Below are positions 29,730-39,099 of a stretch of 64,000 bases of DNA, piece by piece; the stretch's first letter is position 1, and the number at the start of each line of letters is the position of its first letter. Location: the IMG/VR virus record IMGVR_UViG_3300029743_000281. One strand, 5' to 3'. This DNA comes from a virus (taxonomy: Duplodnaviria > Heunggongvirae > Uroviricota > Caudoviricetes). The notes under the pieces were generated by a model that did not search any database, had not been told where the DNA came from, and saw nothing but the letters and a program-made list of their open reading frames with translations. The translations under genes and the position numbers were made by a program.

Positions 29730-30875
29730 ATGAGCAATCGAGCTGGTACACTTGTCAGCAATCTGTCTGGCGATATGGCATACCAATCTTTTCGTCCTGC
29801 ACCCCTTCCTCCTTACCCTCCCATCGAGCTTAGTGGAGAATTAGTCACCAAACTTATTGATGCCAACAAAAAGCTGGCTACGCTAGATGGTCTTTCTTCA
29901 CGCATTCCGAATATGGATCTTTTTGTGTCCATGTATGTTCGGAAAGAAGCCCTTCTCTCCTCGCAAATTGAAGGTACACAATGCACACTGGATGATATTC
30001 TGAATCCTCTAATGGAGGAGAACACGAATCTGAACGTTTCCGATGTTGTCAATTACATTAAGGCAACAGAATTCGCACTGAACCGTCTCCACACCCTCCC
30101 ACTGTGCAATAGACTCATCAAAGAAACTCACGCTGTTCTCATGGAAGGGGTACGGGGGCAGGAAAAAAGCCCTGGTGAATTCCGCTATTCTCAAAACTGG
30201 ATTGGCGGTCAGGGCAGCACCATACGAAACGCTCGTTATATTCCTCCAAATCCTGATGATATGCAAACCGCCATGTCTGATTTGGAAAAATACATGAATA
30301 GCGATGACGCTCTCGATCCATTGATTCAGGCCGCTTTGATTCACTATCAGTTCGAGACAACTCACCCATTTCTGGATGGTAACGGTCGTGTTGGACGACT
30401 GCTGATCACGCTATTCTTAATGGAAAAAGGGATCTTATCTCGTCCGGCACTGTATATCTCCTACTTTTTGAAAATGAACCGCGTTGAGTATTACGACAGA
30501 ATGACTCAGGTTCGCAAAACCGGCGACTATGAACAATGGGTCATCTTTTTCCTGCAAGCACTCTCCGATTCTGCCAGCGATGCTATTCAAACCATCGACA
30601 AGCTCACAGTGCTTCACAATAAAAGCATTGCTCAGTTCGATGACCTCTCAAAACGTCAAAAGACCAATGTCCTCAAGGTGTTTAGCTATATCGAGACTAA
30701 TCCGATTATTGACATCCAGAAAACAGCGACTGCTGTTGACCTTTCCTACAACACAGTCTCTAAGATTGTCTTGCTCCTTGTTGAAAAGGGCATTCTTCAG
30801 CAGACGGACAAATCCGGAAAGGCAAAGATTTTCTCTTATCCTGAATACCTCGATATTCTTCGCAAAGACACCTGA
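29730..30875 (+). CDS. fic: Fic/Doc family protein (AMPylation-type motif HPFxDGNGR)
   Basis: 'HPFLDGNGRVGRLLITLFLM' canonical Fic motif; 381 aa; local GC visibly lower than the flanks; opposite strand to the tail genes. Confidence 0.9.
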   Translation: MSNRAGTLVSNLSGDMAYQSFRPAPLPPYPPIELSGELVTKLIDANKKLATLDGLSSRIPNMDLFVSMYVRKEALLSSQIEGTQCTLDDILNPLMEENTNLNVSDVVNYIKATEFALNRLHTLPLCNRLIKETHAVLMEGVRGQEKSPGEFRYSQNWIGGQGSTIRNARYIPPNPDDMQTAMSDLEKYMNSDDALDPLIQAALIHYQFETTHPFLDGNGRVGRLLITLFLMEKGILSRPALYISYFLKMNRVEYYDRMTQVRKTGDYEQWVIFFLQALSDSASDAIQTIDKLTVLHNKSIAQFDDLSKRQKTNVLKVFSYIETNPIIDIQKTATAVDLSYNTVSKIVLLLVEKGILQQTDKSGKAKIFSYPEYLDILRKDT

Positions 30876-30884
30876 TATCACTTT

Positions 30885-30925
30885 CCCGCCCAGCACACGC
30901 TGGACGGGATTTTTCTTTATCCTCA
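30885..30925 (+). terminator. Intrinsic terminator after fic
   Basis: CCCGCCCAGC-acac-GCTGGACGGG then TTTTTCTTTAT. Confidence 0.6.
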
Positions 30926-30972
30926 CAAGCTTTCATGCTAATTTCGTAATCAATATAAGCACGAAAGCTTGG

Positions 30973-31514
30973 TTAGAACCGGTCAAAGTCAGCCTGCGAT
31001 GCCAGCTCCTGATACGGATACTCATCGTTCTGCCGCTCTGTGAACATGTCATTGACCAACCCGATGGTCAGCAAGTCGAGGTCGGCGATGCTGATACCGA
31101 GCTGCACACAGCGCAGCATGAAGAGCGGGGTGGTCATTACCCGCTCACTTTTGCGAGGTTTTTTCTTGCCTCTACCTCCGTCTGGACATTCAGACCCCAC
31201 AGTTCGATCAGCTGAGGCAGAATCTGGTAGATAGAGAAGGTATTGAAGTTTTCCAGCCACTCATCCGGGGTGTCCGGCACCTGGTCCGGATGGGCGTGCT
31301 TCGCCATAATATAGGCGATATTCTCGAACATCTCCAGACTAAACAGGTCAAGGCTGGAGCTTTCCTCATCGTTATCCCCCACGCTCTTTTCCAGAGAACG
31401 CAGGTCTTTGTAGATATCCCGGCCGAACTTAATGCGATACAGCCTCGGCACGGCTGCGCTGGCGCGGAAATCAACCTGCTGTCCATCGATCTCGATTTTC
31501 TTCGTAATAGCCAT
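30973..31514 (-). CDS. Tail assembly chaperone G-T fusion product made by programmed -1 frameshift
   Basis: The G frame ends at 31137; the overlapping -1 frame stays open to 30973. A slippery heptamer lies 20 nt before the G stop. Confidence 0.5.
31137..31514 (-). CDS. Tail assembly chaperone (gpG-like)
   Basis: 125 aa, acidic, between the major tail protein region and the TMP. Confidence 0.65.
   Translation of the reverse strand: MAITKKIEIDGQQVDFRASAAVPRLYRIKFGRDIYKDLRSLEKSVGDNDEESSSLDLFSLEMFENIAYIMAKHAHPDQVPDTPDEWLENFNTFSIYQILPQLIELWGLNVQTEVEARKNLAKVSG
31158..31164 (-). other. -1 ribosomal frameshift slippery site A_AAA_AAC (plus strand GTTTTTT)
   Basis: Codons AGA|AAA|AAC in the G frame; the shifted frame reads AAA AAA CCT. 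Confidence 0.55.
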
Positions 31515-31580
31515 AAGTCAAATCCTCCATTTCATGTAGAAAGGGCAGAGCCTCCGCCCTGCCCTCAGTTCGTGTCGTGC
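31515..31580 (-). repeat. ~50-bp intergenic element (hairpin GGGCAG..CTGCCC plus CTACATGAAAtGGAG), copy 1
   Basis: Near-identical copy at 32423..32470; the two copies bracket the SPFH gene. Confidence 0.6.
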
Positions 31581-32414
31581 TTACTCTGCCGGGTCGATAC
31601 TGACCAGTGCATTGCTGCCGCTGACGGTGGGCAGCTTGCCATCCCATTTCTGGATCTTCTGGTACTCGATCAGGGTATCAGACAGGCTTTCTGCAATCTT
31701 GCGGTTTGCCTCAGCCTGAGCATCTGCGGCAATGGAGGTCTTCTGTGCCTCCGCCTCGGCATTGGTGATTGCCACTTGCTTGTCGGCTTCTGCCTTTGCA
31801 ATGGCGGCCTCATTCTCGATTTTCTGCTTGTCAGCGTTCTGCTGGGCAATGGACTTCTGCTGGATGGCAGTGTTGTATGCCTCTTCAAAATCCATGTTGT
31901 TGATGACCACCTTATTGATGAACACAGCACCCTCGCCATACTTCTGGTTCAGGGACTCTGCCAGCTTCTGCTGTGCCAGCGGCTCGATCTTGGTGCGGTT
32001 GGTGACCTCATTGGGGCCAAGCTCGGCCATGGCAGACTTGATGGCAGATGCCACCAACTCGTCACCAACCAGATTCTTGGTGTCGGATACATTGGCATAC
32101 AGCCATGCACTCCTTTCGGGAAGCACCTGATAGGTCACGATCACATCTGCGGCATACACAGGAGTCTTGTCGGAGGCTTCGCCCCAGATCTGTGCCTCGA
32201 TGTGCTTGTCCTGCTGCTTGTTGGACACGGTATGGATGCTCTGGACAAACGGAATGGTGAAGTTGAGCTTGCCACTCTGGATGGTGGCCTCCTGAATCTG
32301 GCCGAAGCTGGTCTTCACGCCCGTGTAGCTGGTTGGGACGATGGTCACCGACTGGAACAGCAGGAAGGCCACAAAGATGACAGTAAACAGAGAAAATACA
32401 CGACGACTCTTCAT
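31581..32414 (-). CDS. SPFH/band-7 (stomatin/prohibitin/HflK-C-like) membrane protein
   Basis: N-terminal TM 'VFSLFTVIFVAFLLF', then an SPFH core, then a C-terminal coiled coil 'AEADKQVAITNAEAEAQK'. Confidence 0.75.
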   Translation of the reverse strand: MKSRRVFSLFTVIFVAFLLFQSVTIVPTSYTGVKTSFGQIQEATIQSGKLNFTIPFVQSIHTVSNKQQDKHIEAQIWGEASDKTPVYAADVIVTYQVLPERSAWLYANVSDTKNLVGDELVASAIKSAMAELGPNEVTNRTKIEPLAQQKLAESLNQKYGEGAVFINKVVINNMDFEEAYNTAIQQKSIAQQNADKQKIENEAAIAKAEADKQVAITNAEAEAQKTSIAADAQAEANRKIAESLSDTLIEYQKIQKWDGKLPTVSGSNALVSIDPAE

Positions 32415-32422
32415 AATTCATA

Positions 32423-32470
32423 AACTCCTTTTCATGTAGTGGCAGAGCCGAAGCCCTGCCTCGTTTTCAT
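32423..32470 (-). repeat. ~50-bp intergenic element, copy 2
   Basis: GGCAGGGCTTCGGCTCTGCC hairpin plus ACTACATGAAAAGGAG. Confidence 0.6.
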
Positions 32471-33078
32471 CAGCCCTGAGGATCAGACTCTTCAGTCACC
32501 ACACTGGATGCCTCAGACTGCGGCTCGTAGACCTTCTCGTACCACTTGTTGTAGACATCATCGCTGGTATTGGTGCTGGTCTTGGCCTTGACATAACCGT
32601 TTGCCAGCGGCGTTGCCTGCAATGTCAGGGTGTCGGTCTTGACCTCCTTGCTGTCCTCGTTGGTATCACCTTCGATGGACGGACGGCTTGCCACACAGTT
32701 GTACATAACATGGCGGATATGCCGCTGGTCGCCATCGAACTCGAACAGGAATGCGAAGTGCTCCAGCTCGGCATTGGCGTTTTCCGCCAGAACGCCGTTG
32801 CCATCCAGTTCCTCGTGCATAATGTCCGTGAGGAAGGACTCCGGAATCAGGGCGATTTCCAGATCACCCTCATAGCCGGAGTTGTTATTCACGACATAGT
32901 AGGCGATATTGTCCGCATAGAACGGCTCAATATCACCATTGGCATCCAGGGACAGACTGACCGCACCGGGGATGCGTACCGGGGTATCGTAGGTAACGCC
33001 GCCGTCCTCGTCAAAGGTTGCCTTGGCGTAATGGCAGTTTTTCAGGCCGTACTTGACCTTGTTGCTTTTCTTACCCAT
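32470..33078 (-). CDS. Major tail protein (phi13/TP901-1-like family)
   Basis: 'MGKKSNKVKYGLKNCHYA...' characteristic N-terminus; 202 aa. Confidence 0.8.
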   Translation of the reverse strand: MGKKSNKVKYGLKNCHYAKATFDEDGGVTYDTPVRIPGAVSLSLDANGDIEPFYADNIAYYVVNNNSGYEGDLEIALIPESFLTDIMHEELDGNGVLAENANAELEHFAFLFEFDGDQRHIRHVMYNCVASRPSIEGDTNEDSKEVKTDTLTLQATPLANGYVKAKTSTNTSDDVYNKWYEKVYEPQSEASSVVTEESDPQG

Positions 33079-33115
33079 TGCTTTCTCCTCTCGTGAAAAA
33101 AGTCCTGCGGCTGAC

Positions 33116-33433
33116 TCAGACGGTCAGCTCATACAGGACTTCATACATCTTTTCCGTCTCAATCCAAACCTCGCTCTTTTCATAGAAAAGCTCGTGGGCG
33201 GTCAGGACTTCTTCGATTGCTGCCTCCGTATCCGGATCTTTGTAATCGGTGTACACCTCAATGTCCAGCCGATTGAAGTGGTGGTACACGATGCCGTCCG
33301 CACTAAAATTTGCGGCTTTCGGATACAGAAAACAGATGAATGGCGGATCAGGGCTTTCCCCTTCTGCAAAATGGTCATACGCATAGGGCAGCCCCATTTC
33401 TTCCACCATCGCTTTGACTTCTGCGTGGGTCAT
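33116..33433 (-). CDS. Hypothetical tail-module protein
   Basis: 105-aa ORF in the tail-completion position. Confidence 0.45.
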   Translation of the reverse strand: MTHAEVKAMVEEMGLPYAYDHFAEGESPDPPFICFLYPKAANFSADGIVYHHFNRLDIEVYTDYKDPDTEAAIEEVLTAHELFYEKSEVWIETEKMYEVLYELTV

Positions 33434-33442
33434 GGCATCCTC

Positions 33443-33823
33443 CTACTTCAGTGCTTTCTCGATGAGGCTTTGGAGCAGCTCGACCCCCTCCTGCTCGGCA
33501 GGAGCAATGTGCGGTCTTGCCGCCACACGCCCACCGCCGCGCTTGGCGTGGCCCTTTTCCAAAAGATGCGCCAGCTGGTATCGGTCTTTGGAATGGACGA
33601 CCATCTGAAGGCTCTGACTGGATTCCTCCTGCTTGGTCGCCACCCAGCTCGACTTATACCGACCGGTCCGGGATGGCGCGCCGGCCTCGATTTCCTCCTT
33701 GACCGTCTTTGCTGATTTCCGAACCGCTCGTTTGACCTCGGAGGATGCCAGCTTCGCATATTCCTGCAAGCCCTCATTGACGGCCGCCGCAAGCCCGTCC
33801 ACGCTGACGGTTTTACTGCTCAT
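33443..33823 (-). CDS. HK97 gp10-like tail-component/neck protein
   Basis: 'SSKTVSVDGLAAAVNEGLQEYA...' resembles the HK97 gp10 family. Confidence 0.6.
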   Translation of the reverse strand: MSSKTVSVDGLAAAVNEGLQEYAKLASSEVKRAVRKSAKTVKEEIEAGAPSRTGRYKSSWVATKQEESSQSLQMVVHSKDRYQLAHLLEKGHAKRGGGRVAARPHIAPAEQEGVELLQSLIEKALK

Positions 33824-34152
33824 CTCTGCCTCCGTTCCAGCCTGCAATGCAGCTTTGTGGTTTTCTTGTTGTAGTTCATGGGGTCAACTGACGTGATGTC
33901 ATAAAGCTCACCACGAAACAGTACCCGGAACCCGGTAGAAGTCAGCTTATTGACCTCGCTGCACCAACGTACCGTGAACACCACGCTTTTCTGTTCGGCC
34001 GTGACTTCACCTTCATCCTCCTGCGCCTCAAAGGTCGAAGCGTAGGCGAAGCAGGTGTAATAATCCACCCATGCGTTCCGATGATTGCCGACCTTATCGG
34101 TCATGTGCTTACTTTGCTGGATCGTGATCCTCTCATTCAGCTTATCGATCAT
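33820..34152 (-). CDS. Head-tail adaptor/head closure protein (SPP1 gp16-like)
   Basis: 110 aa with 'ITIQ...VDYYTCFAY...FRVLFRGELYDITSV'. Confidence 0.65.
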   Translation of the reverse strand: MIDKLNERITIQQSKHMTDKVGNHRNAWVDYYTCFAYASTFEAQEDEGEVTAEQKSVVFTVRWCSEVNKLTSTGFRVLFRGELYDITSVDPMNYNKKTTKLHCRLERRQR

Positions 34153-34490
34153 CAGAACACCCCCTCCCTCACAGCAAACAGAATCGAACGGAGCGTCAGC
34201 ATCAACTGCTTATGGTCCGCTTCGTCCCGGTGTTCGTACAAATAGCCCAGCGCATACAGAATTGCCACACGGCAAGTGCTGCGGAGGGCTTCCAGCTCCC
34301 TCGTCGGTGTGACCCCGTTCTCGGCATCCCGGTCAGCGGCATTGACTGCCTCCCACTGGTCGTCCGTGAGCCGGCCCACATCCTTACACATCTGCTCGGC
34401 CGAGGAAAGCATAATGCCGATCAGGGCATCTTCATCCCCGCTGTCCACGCGCAGATAGGTCTTCGCTTCAAAAAGCGGGATCAGTGCCAT
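34152..34490 (-). CDS. gp6-like head-tail connector protein
   Basis: 112 aa; 'AKTYLRVDSGDEDALIGIMLSSAEQMCKD' resembles the gp6-like family. Confidence 0.65.
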   Translation of the reverse strand: MALIPLFEAKTYLRVDSGDEDALIGIMLSSAEQMCKDVGRLTDDQWEAVNAADRDAENGVTPTRELEALRSTCRVAILYALGYLYEHRDEADHKQLMLTLRSILFAVREGVF

Positions 34491-34512
34491 GATCGGTCAT
34501 CCCCCTCTCTTA

Positions 34513-35718
34513 TCAGCCGCCGGCAGCCATCTGAAGGAGCTGCACGGACTCGGGCAGGATCAGCTTGCCATCGACACGCTGGGTGGTCAGGAAGCCGACC
34601 TGATCCGTGCGGGCATACAGCTCGTTCAGGCGACGGAAGGTGCGGTTCTGGCGGTCAGCCACCCAGTAGTAGCTGTAGTCACCAAAGGCCATGACCTTGT
34701 TACCGCCCTTGATCTCCGGCATAAAGGCGGAGGTCTTCAGGGGACGGTTCAGCAGAGTATCGGGCTTGCCGATCTCCAGACCCGGCTTCCAGATATAGTT
34801 GCCGTTGTTGTCCTTGATGGTCATCAGCTGCAGCACCAGTGCCTCGTTGCAGAGGAACTGCGCCTTCTTGCGGTAAGGAGCCTTCAGTGCGTAGTACAGC
34901 TTGAAAATCTCATCAAAGGTGACAGCATCCTGCTTGGCAGCCTTGACACCGACCTTTGCGCCGCCGGTCTCAGCCAGCAGACCCAGAGGCTTACCAACAC
35001 CGTCACCGGTGATGAAGGCGCGCTCCTCCGCATTACCCATACGCACACCGAAACGGCGGGCAATATAGGTGGCGAGGTCAAAGGCGGAATCGTTCAGCAG
35101 CTCGTTGGAAATCTTGATCATGGTGCCCAGCTTGTAGGCGGACAGCATAGTCTGGCCGAAGGTCGCATCGCTTTCGGGGATCTCCTCGCCCTCATCGATC
35201 CAGCTTGCCTCGCCGGTATCCTCTGCGATGGGGATCTTGCGGGTTCCGGAGCTGGTACGGATGACAGTCGCCATGCCGCGGAAGATGTTGTTCTCCTCCA
35301 GTGCCTCCACCAGCTTCTTCTCGAACTCATCAGGAACGGTAAAGCCGCCCTCGGTGTCCTCGCCCACGGACAGAGCGTTGCGAACCTCACCGTAATGACC
35401 ACGGTTGCGGATCATGTTCCAGAAGTTCTCGGCGTACTCGGCAGTAGCAGTCGGCTTCACATCCTTCTTGCTGCCGTTCTTGGGATCGGCATGGACGGGG
35501 TTGGAAGTGGGCGCAGACAGCTGTGCCTCGATCTGTGCCTGCTGTTCCAGCCGCTCGATCTCAGCACCCAGGTCCTTGACCTCCTGTGCCATCTTGTTGT
35601 ACTGCTCCACAGCCTCGGCCTTGACCAGACCGTTATCGCCGCGGTTCTTTTCCAGGAAATCCTTGGTCTGCTCCCAGAGGGTATTGCGCTTGGTGCGCAG
35701 TTCCAGAATCTTACTCAT
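34513..35718 (-). CDS. Major capsid protein, HK97 fold
   Basis: RBS GGAGGTACAACACT then ATG (MSKILELR). ~400 aa with an N-terminal coiled-coil delta domain. Confidence 0.85.
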   Translation of the reverse strand: MSKILELRTKRNTLWEQTKDFLEKNRGDNGLVKAEAVEQYNKMAQEVKDLGAEIERLEQQAQIEAQLSAPTSNPVHADPKNGSKKDVKPTATAEYAENFWNMIRNRGHYGEVRNALSVGEDTEGGFTVPDEFEKKLVEALEENNIFRGMATVIRTSSGTRKIPIAEDTGEASWIDEGEEIPESDATFGQTMLSAYKLGTMIKISNELLNDSAFDLATYIARRFGVRMGNAEERAFITGDGVGKPLGLLAETGGAKVGVKAAKQDAVTFDEIFKLYYALKAPYRKKAQFLCNEALVLQLMTIKDNNGNYIWKPGLEIGKPDTLLNRPLKTSAFMPEIKGGNKVMAFGDYSYYWVADRQNRTFRRLNELYARTDQVGFLTTQRVDGKLILPESVQLLQMAAGG

Positions 35719-35772
35719 AGTGTTGTACCTCCATGAATTTCGTGTTTTCGGCATGAAAAAAGCCGGGGCGCA

Positions 35773-36624
35773 TTATTTCATGCACTCCAGCTGTTTCATC
35801 AGGACGTTATAGGAGTAATCCCCTTCCTCCGTCTTACCGTCCATGTCAAGGACAGGACCGGCCTCCGCAGGGGGATCACTGGGCGGCTCCGTTTGAGCCG
35901 CAGGGGTATCAGGCTTGACTCCCAGACGATTCAGGACGATTAGATCCATCTGACGACTGGAGAAAAGGTGCCCTGCCGCATCCTGCTGGAACGGCTTCTT
36001 TTCTTCGCCCTCGCCCGGTTCCTCATCGGGAGTCTCCTCCAGCTTATCGGGGTCCGCCGGGTCACTGTCAGGTTCATCCTCTTTCTTTGAGAAAAGGATC
36101 TCATCCGCAAAGCCCAGCTCCACTGCTTTCTTGGCATTCATCCACGTTTCGTTGGACATGAGGTTTGCAATGCGGGCATGGGTCAGACCGCTTTTGGCTG
36201 CATAAGCGTTGATGATGCTTTCCTTGACCTCATTCAGCACCTCGATGGCTTTCTCCATATCCTTGGTGTTCCCCATCGCAACGGTACTGGGGTCGTGGAT
36301 CATCAGCATAGCAACCGGGCTCATCTGGACGGTATCTCCGGCCATGGCAACAACGGATGCCGCAGATGCAGCAATCGCATCGATCTTGACCGTGATGCTG
36401 CCCTTGTAGTCCTTGAGCATGGTATAGATTTCGGCAGCAGCAAACACATTGCCGCCCGGACTGTTGATCCAGACGGTCACATCACCCTCACCGGCATTTA
36501 GCTCATCCCGGAACATCTGCGGTGTAATTTCATCACCCCAGAAAGATTCCTCGTCGATGGGACCTTCCAGCCGGAGGGTTCTGGTCTCGTCACTGTCCTT
36601 GATCCAGTTCCAGAACTTTTTCAT
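35773..36624 (-). CDS. Prohead protease (ClpP/S14-like)
   Basis: 'VWINSPGGNVFAAAEIYTML...ASAASVVAMAGD' ClpP-like Ser/His region. Confidence 0.8.
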   Translation of the reverse strand: MKKFWNWIKDSDETRTLRLEGPIDEESFWGDEITPQMFRDELNAGEGDVTVWINSPGGNVFAAAEIYTMLKDYKGSITVKIDAIAASAASVVAMAGDTVQMSPVAMLMIHDPSTVAMGNTKDMEKAIEVLNEVKESIINAYAAKSGLTHARIANLMSNETWMNAKKAVELGFADEILFSKKEDEPDSDPADPDKLEETPDEEPGEGEEKKPFQQDAAGHLFSSRQMDLIVLNRLGVKPDTPAAQTEPPSDPPAEAGPVLDMDGKTEEGDYSYNVLMKQLECMK

Positions 36625-38021
36625 ATTGCTCTCCTTTCTTTCTGTCGTTTTGGCGTACTCTCACTCTGCCGGTTTTCGCTGTCAGGGGTTTCTTCCTCCG
36701 GCTGTGTCTGCTGAGGCTGATTCTGCTGGGCCGCGGCAGCCTTGTTCTGCTGCGCCAGTCCAGCATCCTTCAGCTTCACATAGCCACCGTTGAGGTAGTA
36801 GTCATCACCGCCCTGGTCAGCCGGGATCAGATCCATGTTTTCCAGACGATGGATATCGTTGGGAGACAGAAAACCATTGCTGATGCCGGTGGCATAGCCG
36901 TTCATCCGGCTCTGGTAGTCGCCGCGCAGCAGACCGTCCACATTGAACTTCGGAAAGTAGGTATCCTGCTCTTCCTCCAGCAGCAGATCCTTGATGATGC
37001 TCTGCTCAATGCGGACGAGCCACGGAGTCAGGGAATGCATCACGAAGTTCAGCGACTGGTATTCGATGTTGGAGAAGGTCGCATGGGACAGATCCGCTAC
37101 CAGATGCGGAGGCACACGGAAAATGCGACATATCTCCGTGACGGAGAACTGCTTGGATTCAAGGAACTGACTGTCTTCCGGCGGCAGCGATACAGGCTTG
37201 TAGGTCATGCCTTCTTCGAGAACCGCCACACGATGGGCGTTGGCTGCGCCACCGTATGCCGCTTCCCAGTTATCCCGGACACGATTCGGGTCCTTGATGA
37301 CCCCGGGATGTTCCAGCACACCGCTGGGCTGAGCGCCGTTCTTGAAGAACGCCGAGCCGTACTTATCCACCGCAATGGAGGTGCCAAGGCTGTTTTTCAT
37401 CATGGCAATCGGTGAGAAACCGATCAGGCCATTGAAGCCCAACCCCGGCACATGGAATATCTCATCCCGGCGAAAGTAGATATCCTTGTTCTGCTCTCCC
37501 GGAACTTCATCCGTATAGGCGTGGTAGATGTAGTACAGTTCTCCGCTTTCATCGCGATCCACTTCGACGTTTTCCGGCAGCAGCGGATACAGACCCAGTA
37601 CCGTGTTCTTTCCATCCCGGACGATCTGTGCGTAGGCATTGCCCCAGAGGAGCAGATGGGTCATCAGGGTCTCCCAGAAGACGAAAGCCGTCATCTCCGG
37701 GTTCGGCTGCCGATACAGGATTTTGTACAGCGGATGATCCCGTGCCTTTTCCTTGTTGCCGTTGTCATCCGTCACCCGATACAGATGCAGCGGCAGGGCC
37801 GCAATGGACTCTGCCAGCAGTCGAACACAGGCATACACGGTCGGGATCTGCATGGCGGCTTTTTCGTCCACCTGCTCTCCTGCATTGGAACGACCAAACA
37901 CAAAGGTCTGCCCGGAATCGCGGACATTGTCCGTGACCTCTGGCAGACCTTGTTTGGGTGGTGATTCTGTTTTGGGGGAGTCCCTTGGGTTTTCAAAACC
38001 TAGCCATTCCCAGAATGTCAT
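36621..38021 (-). CDS. Portal protein (HK97 family)
   Basis: 466 aa between TerL and the protease. Confidence 0.8.
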   Translation of the reverse strand: MTFWEWLGFENPRDSPKTESPPKQGLPEVTDNVRDSGQTFVFGRSNAGEQVDEKAAMQIPTVYACVRLLAESIAALPLHLYRVTDDNGNKEKARDHPLYKILYRQPNPEMTAFVFWETLMTHLLLWGNAYAQIVRDGKNTVLGLYPLLPENVEVDRDESGELYYIYHAYTDEVPGEQNKDIYFRRDEIFHVPGLGFNGLIGFSPIAMMKNSLGTSIAVDKYGSAFFKNGAQPSGVLEHPGVIKDPNRVRDNWEAAYGGAANAHRVAVLEEGMTYKPVSLPPEDSQFLESKQFSVTEICRIFRVPPHLVADLSHATFSNIEYQSLNFVMHSLTPWLVRIEQSIIKDLLLEEEQDTYFPKFNVDGLLRGDYQSRMNGYATGISNGFLSPNDIHRLENMDLIPADQGGDDYYLNGGYVKLKDAGLAQQNKAAAAQQNQPQQTQPEEETPDSENRQSESTPKRQKERRAI

Positions 38022-38049
38022 TTTTCAGCAAATCCTTTCATTTTTTCTT

Positions 38050-38109
38050 TCCTTGTGTTCCAACAAGTGGTATAATATAGTCTATACTGTTGCTTACGGA
38101 GGTTTTTCC
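38050..38109 (+). promoter_or_regulatory. Promoter for abi (extended -10 TGgTATAAT)
   Basis: cttgtgttccaacaagTGgTATAATatag, then RBS GGAGG. Confidence 0.5.
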
Positions 38110-39081
38110 ATGCTGACGATAAATCAGTTGATGCGATATCTGCGTTCCAAACATCATATTACTGTCAAAAGCAATCAGTCCCAGTCATTGCGCAACATGG
38201 GCTACTATCATGGTTTTAAAGGCTATCGGTTTATCCGAACCCCGAACCAAAGGATTGCTTTTTCTTCGTTTGATGAAGTCTCTGCTTTAAACAATTTCGA
38301 TATGAAGTTGAAAGCGTTGTTTTACCCTAAGGTCATGTTTATCGAAACTGCATTAAAGAGCTATGTGATTGAAGCCACACTTAAGGATTCTCATTCTGAG
38401 AACATCGACACAATCTTCGGTAAATCAATCACAAACTACCGTTCCTTCACTCCAGGTAGCAGAAACTATCATCAGGAATACGCAAAACGTATGTCGCTTC
38501 GTAGCAAAATCAATAGTGCTTTGCTTCGTGATTATGGAAACAAAAAGCAAACCGTCAATCATTTTTTTGACACTGACCGGTCCATACCTATTTGGGCGGC
38601 TTTTGAATCCCTGGCACTAGGTGAATTCGGAACTTTCTTTGCGTGTGCAAACGCGAATGTCAAAAAGAGTACTTCTGCAATACTTCACCTGCCCAGTCAA
38701 CTTGACGCTGATGGAAGAATTACAGAGTTCATTATTTATTCAATCAAAGACCTCCGTAATGCTGTTGCTCACAACAACACTATTTTCGACACGCGGTTCC
38801 AAACTGGTGAGATCAATCAGCGTCTTGTTGCACTTTTAGAAACCGAAATAGGCATTTCAAATCTGGATTTCAAATATATTTATTCATACGTCATACTCCT
38901 AACCTACGTTCTCAGAAAAATGGGTGAAACCAAAACATCCTGCAAGCAATTTTTGAATGCGTATATTGCCTTGACCGATGAATTGCGCACACAACTCCCG
39001 GCAAATGTCTGCAATCAAATTCTAGGCACTCAGCAACGTCCACATCTGCGCCAGCTGCAAAATTTCATTTCCAATTCGTAA
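38110..39081 (+). CDS. Abortive-infection protein, Abi_2 (AbiD/AbiF-like) family
   Basis: Low-GC, plus-strand gene inserted between portal and terminase. Layout 'FDMKLKALFYPKVMFIETALKS...NAVAHNNTIFD' typical of Abi_2. Confidence 0.75.
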   Translation: MLTINQLMRYLRSKHHITVKSNQSQSLRNMGYYHGFKGYRFIRTPNQRIAFSSFDEVSALNNFDMKLKALFYPKVMFIETALKSYVIEATLKDSHSENIDTIFGKSITNYRSFTPGSRNYHQEYAKRMSLRSKINSALLRDYGNKKQTVNHFFDTDRSIPIWAAFESLALGEFGTFFACANANVKKSTSAILHLPSQLDADGRITEFIIYSIKDLRNAVAHNNTIFDTRFQTGEINQRLVALLETEIGISNLDFKYIYSYVILLTYVLRKMGETKTSCKQFLNAYIALTDELRTQLPANVCNQILGTQQRPHLRQLQNFISNS

Positions 39082-39099
39082 GATTCTCTTGCATAATTT

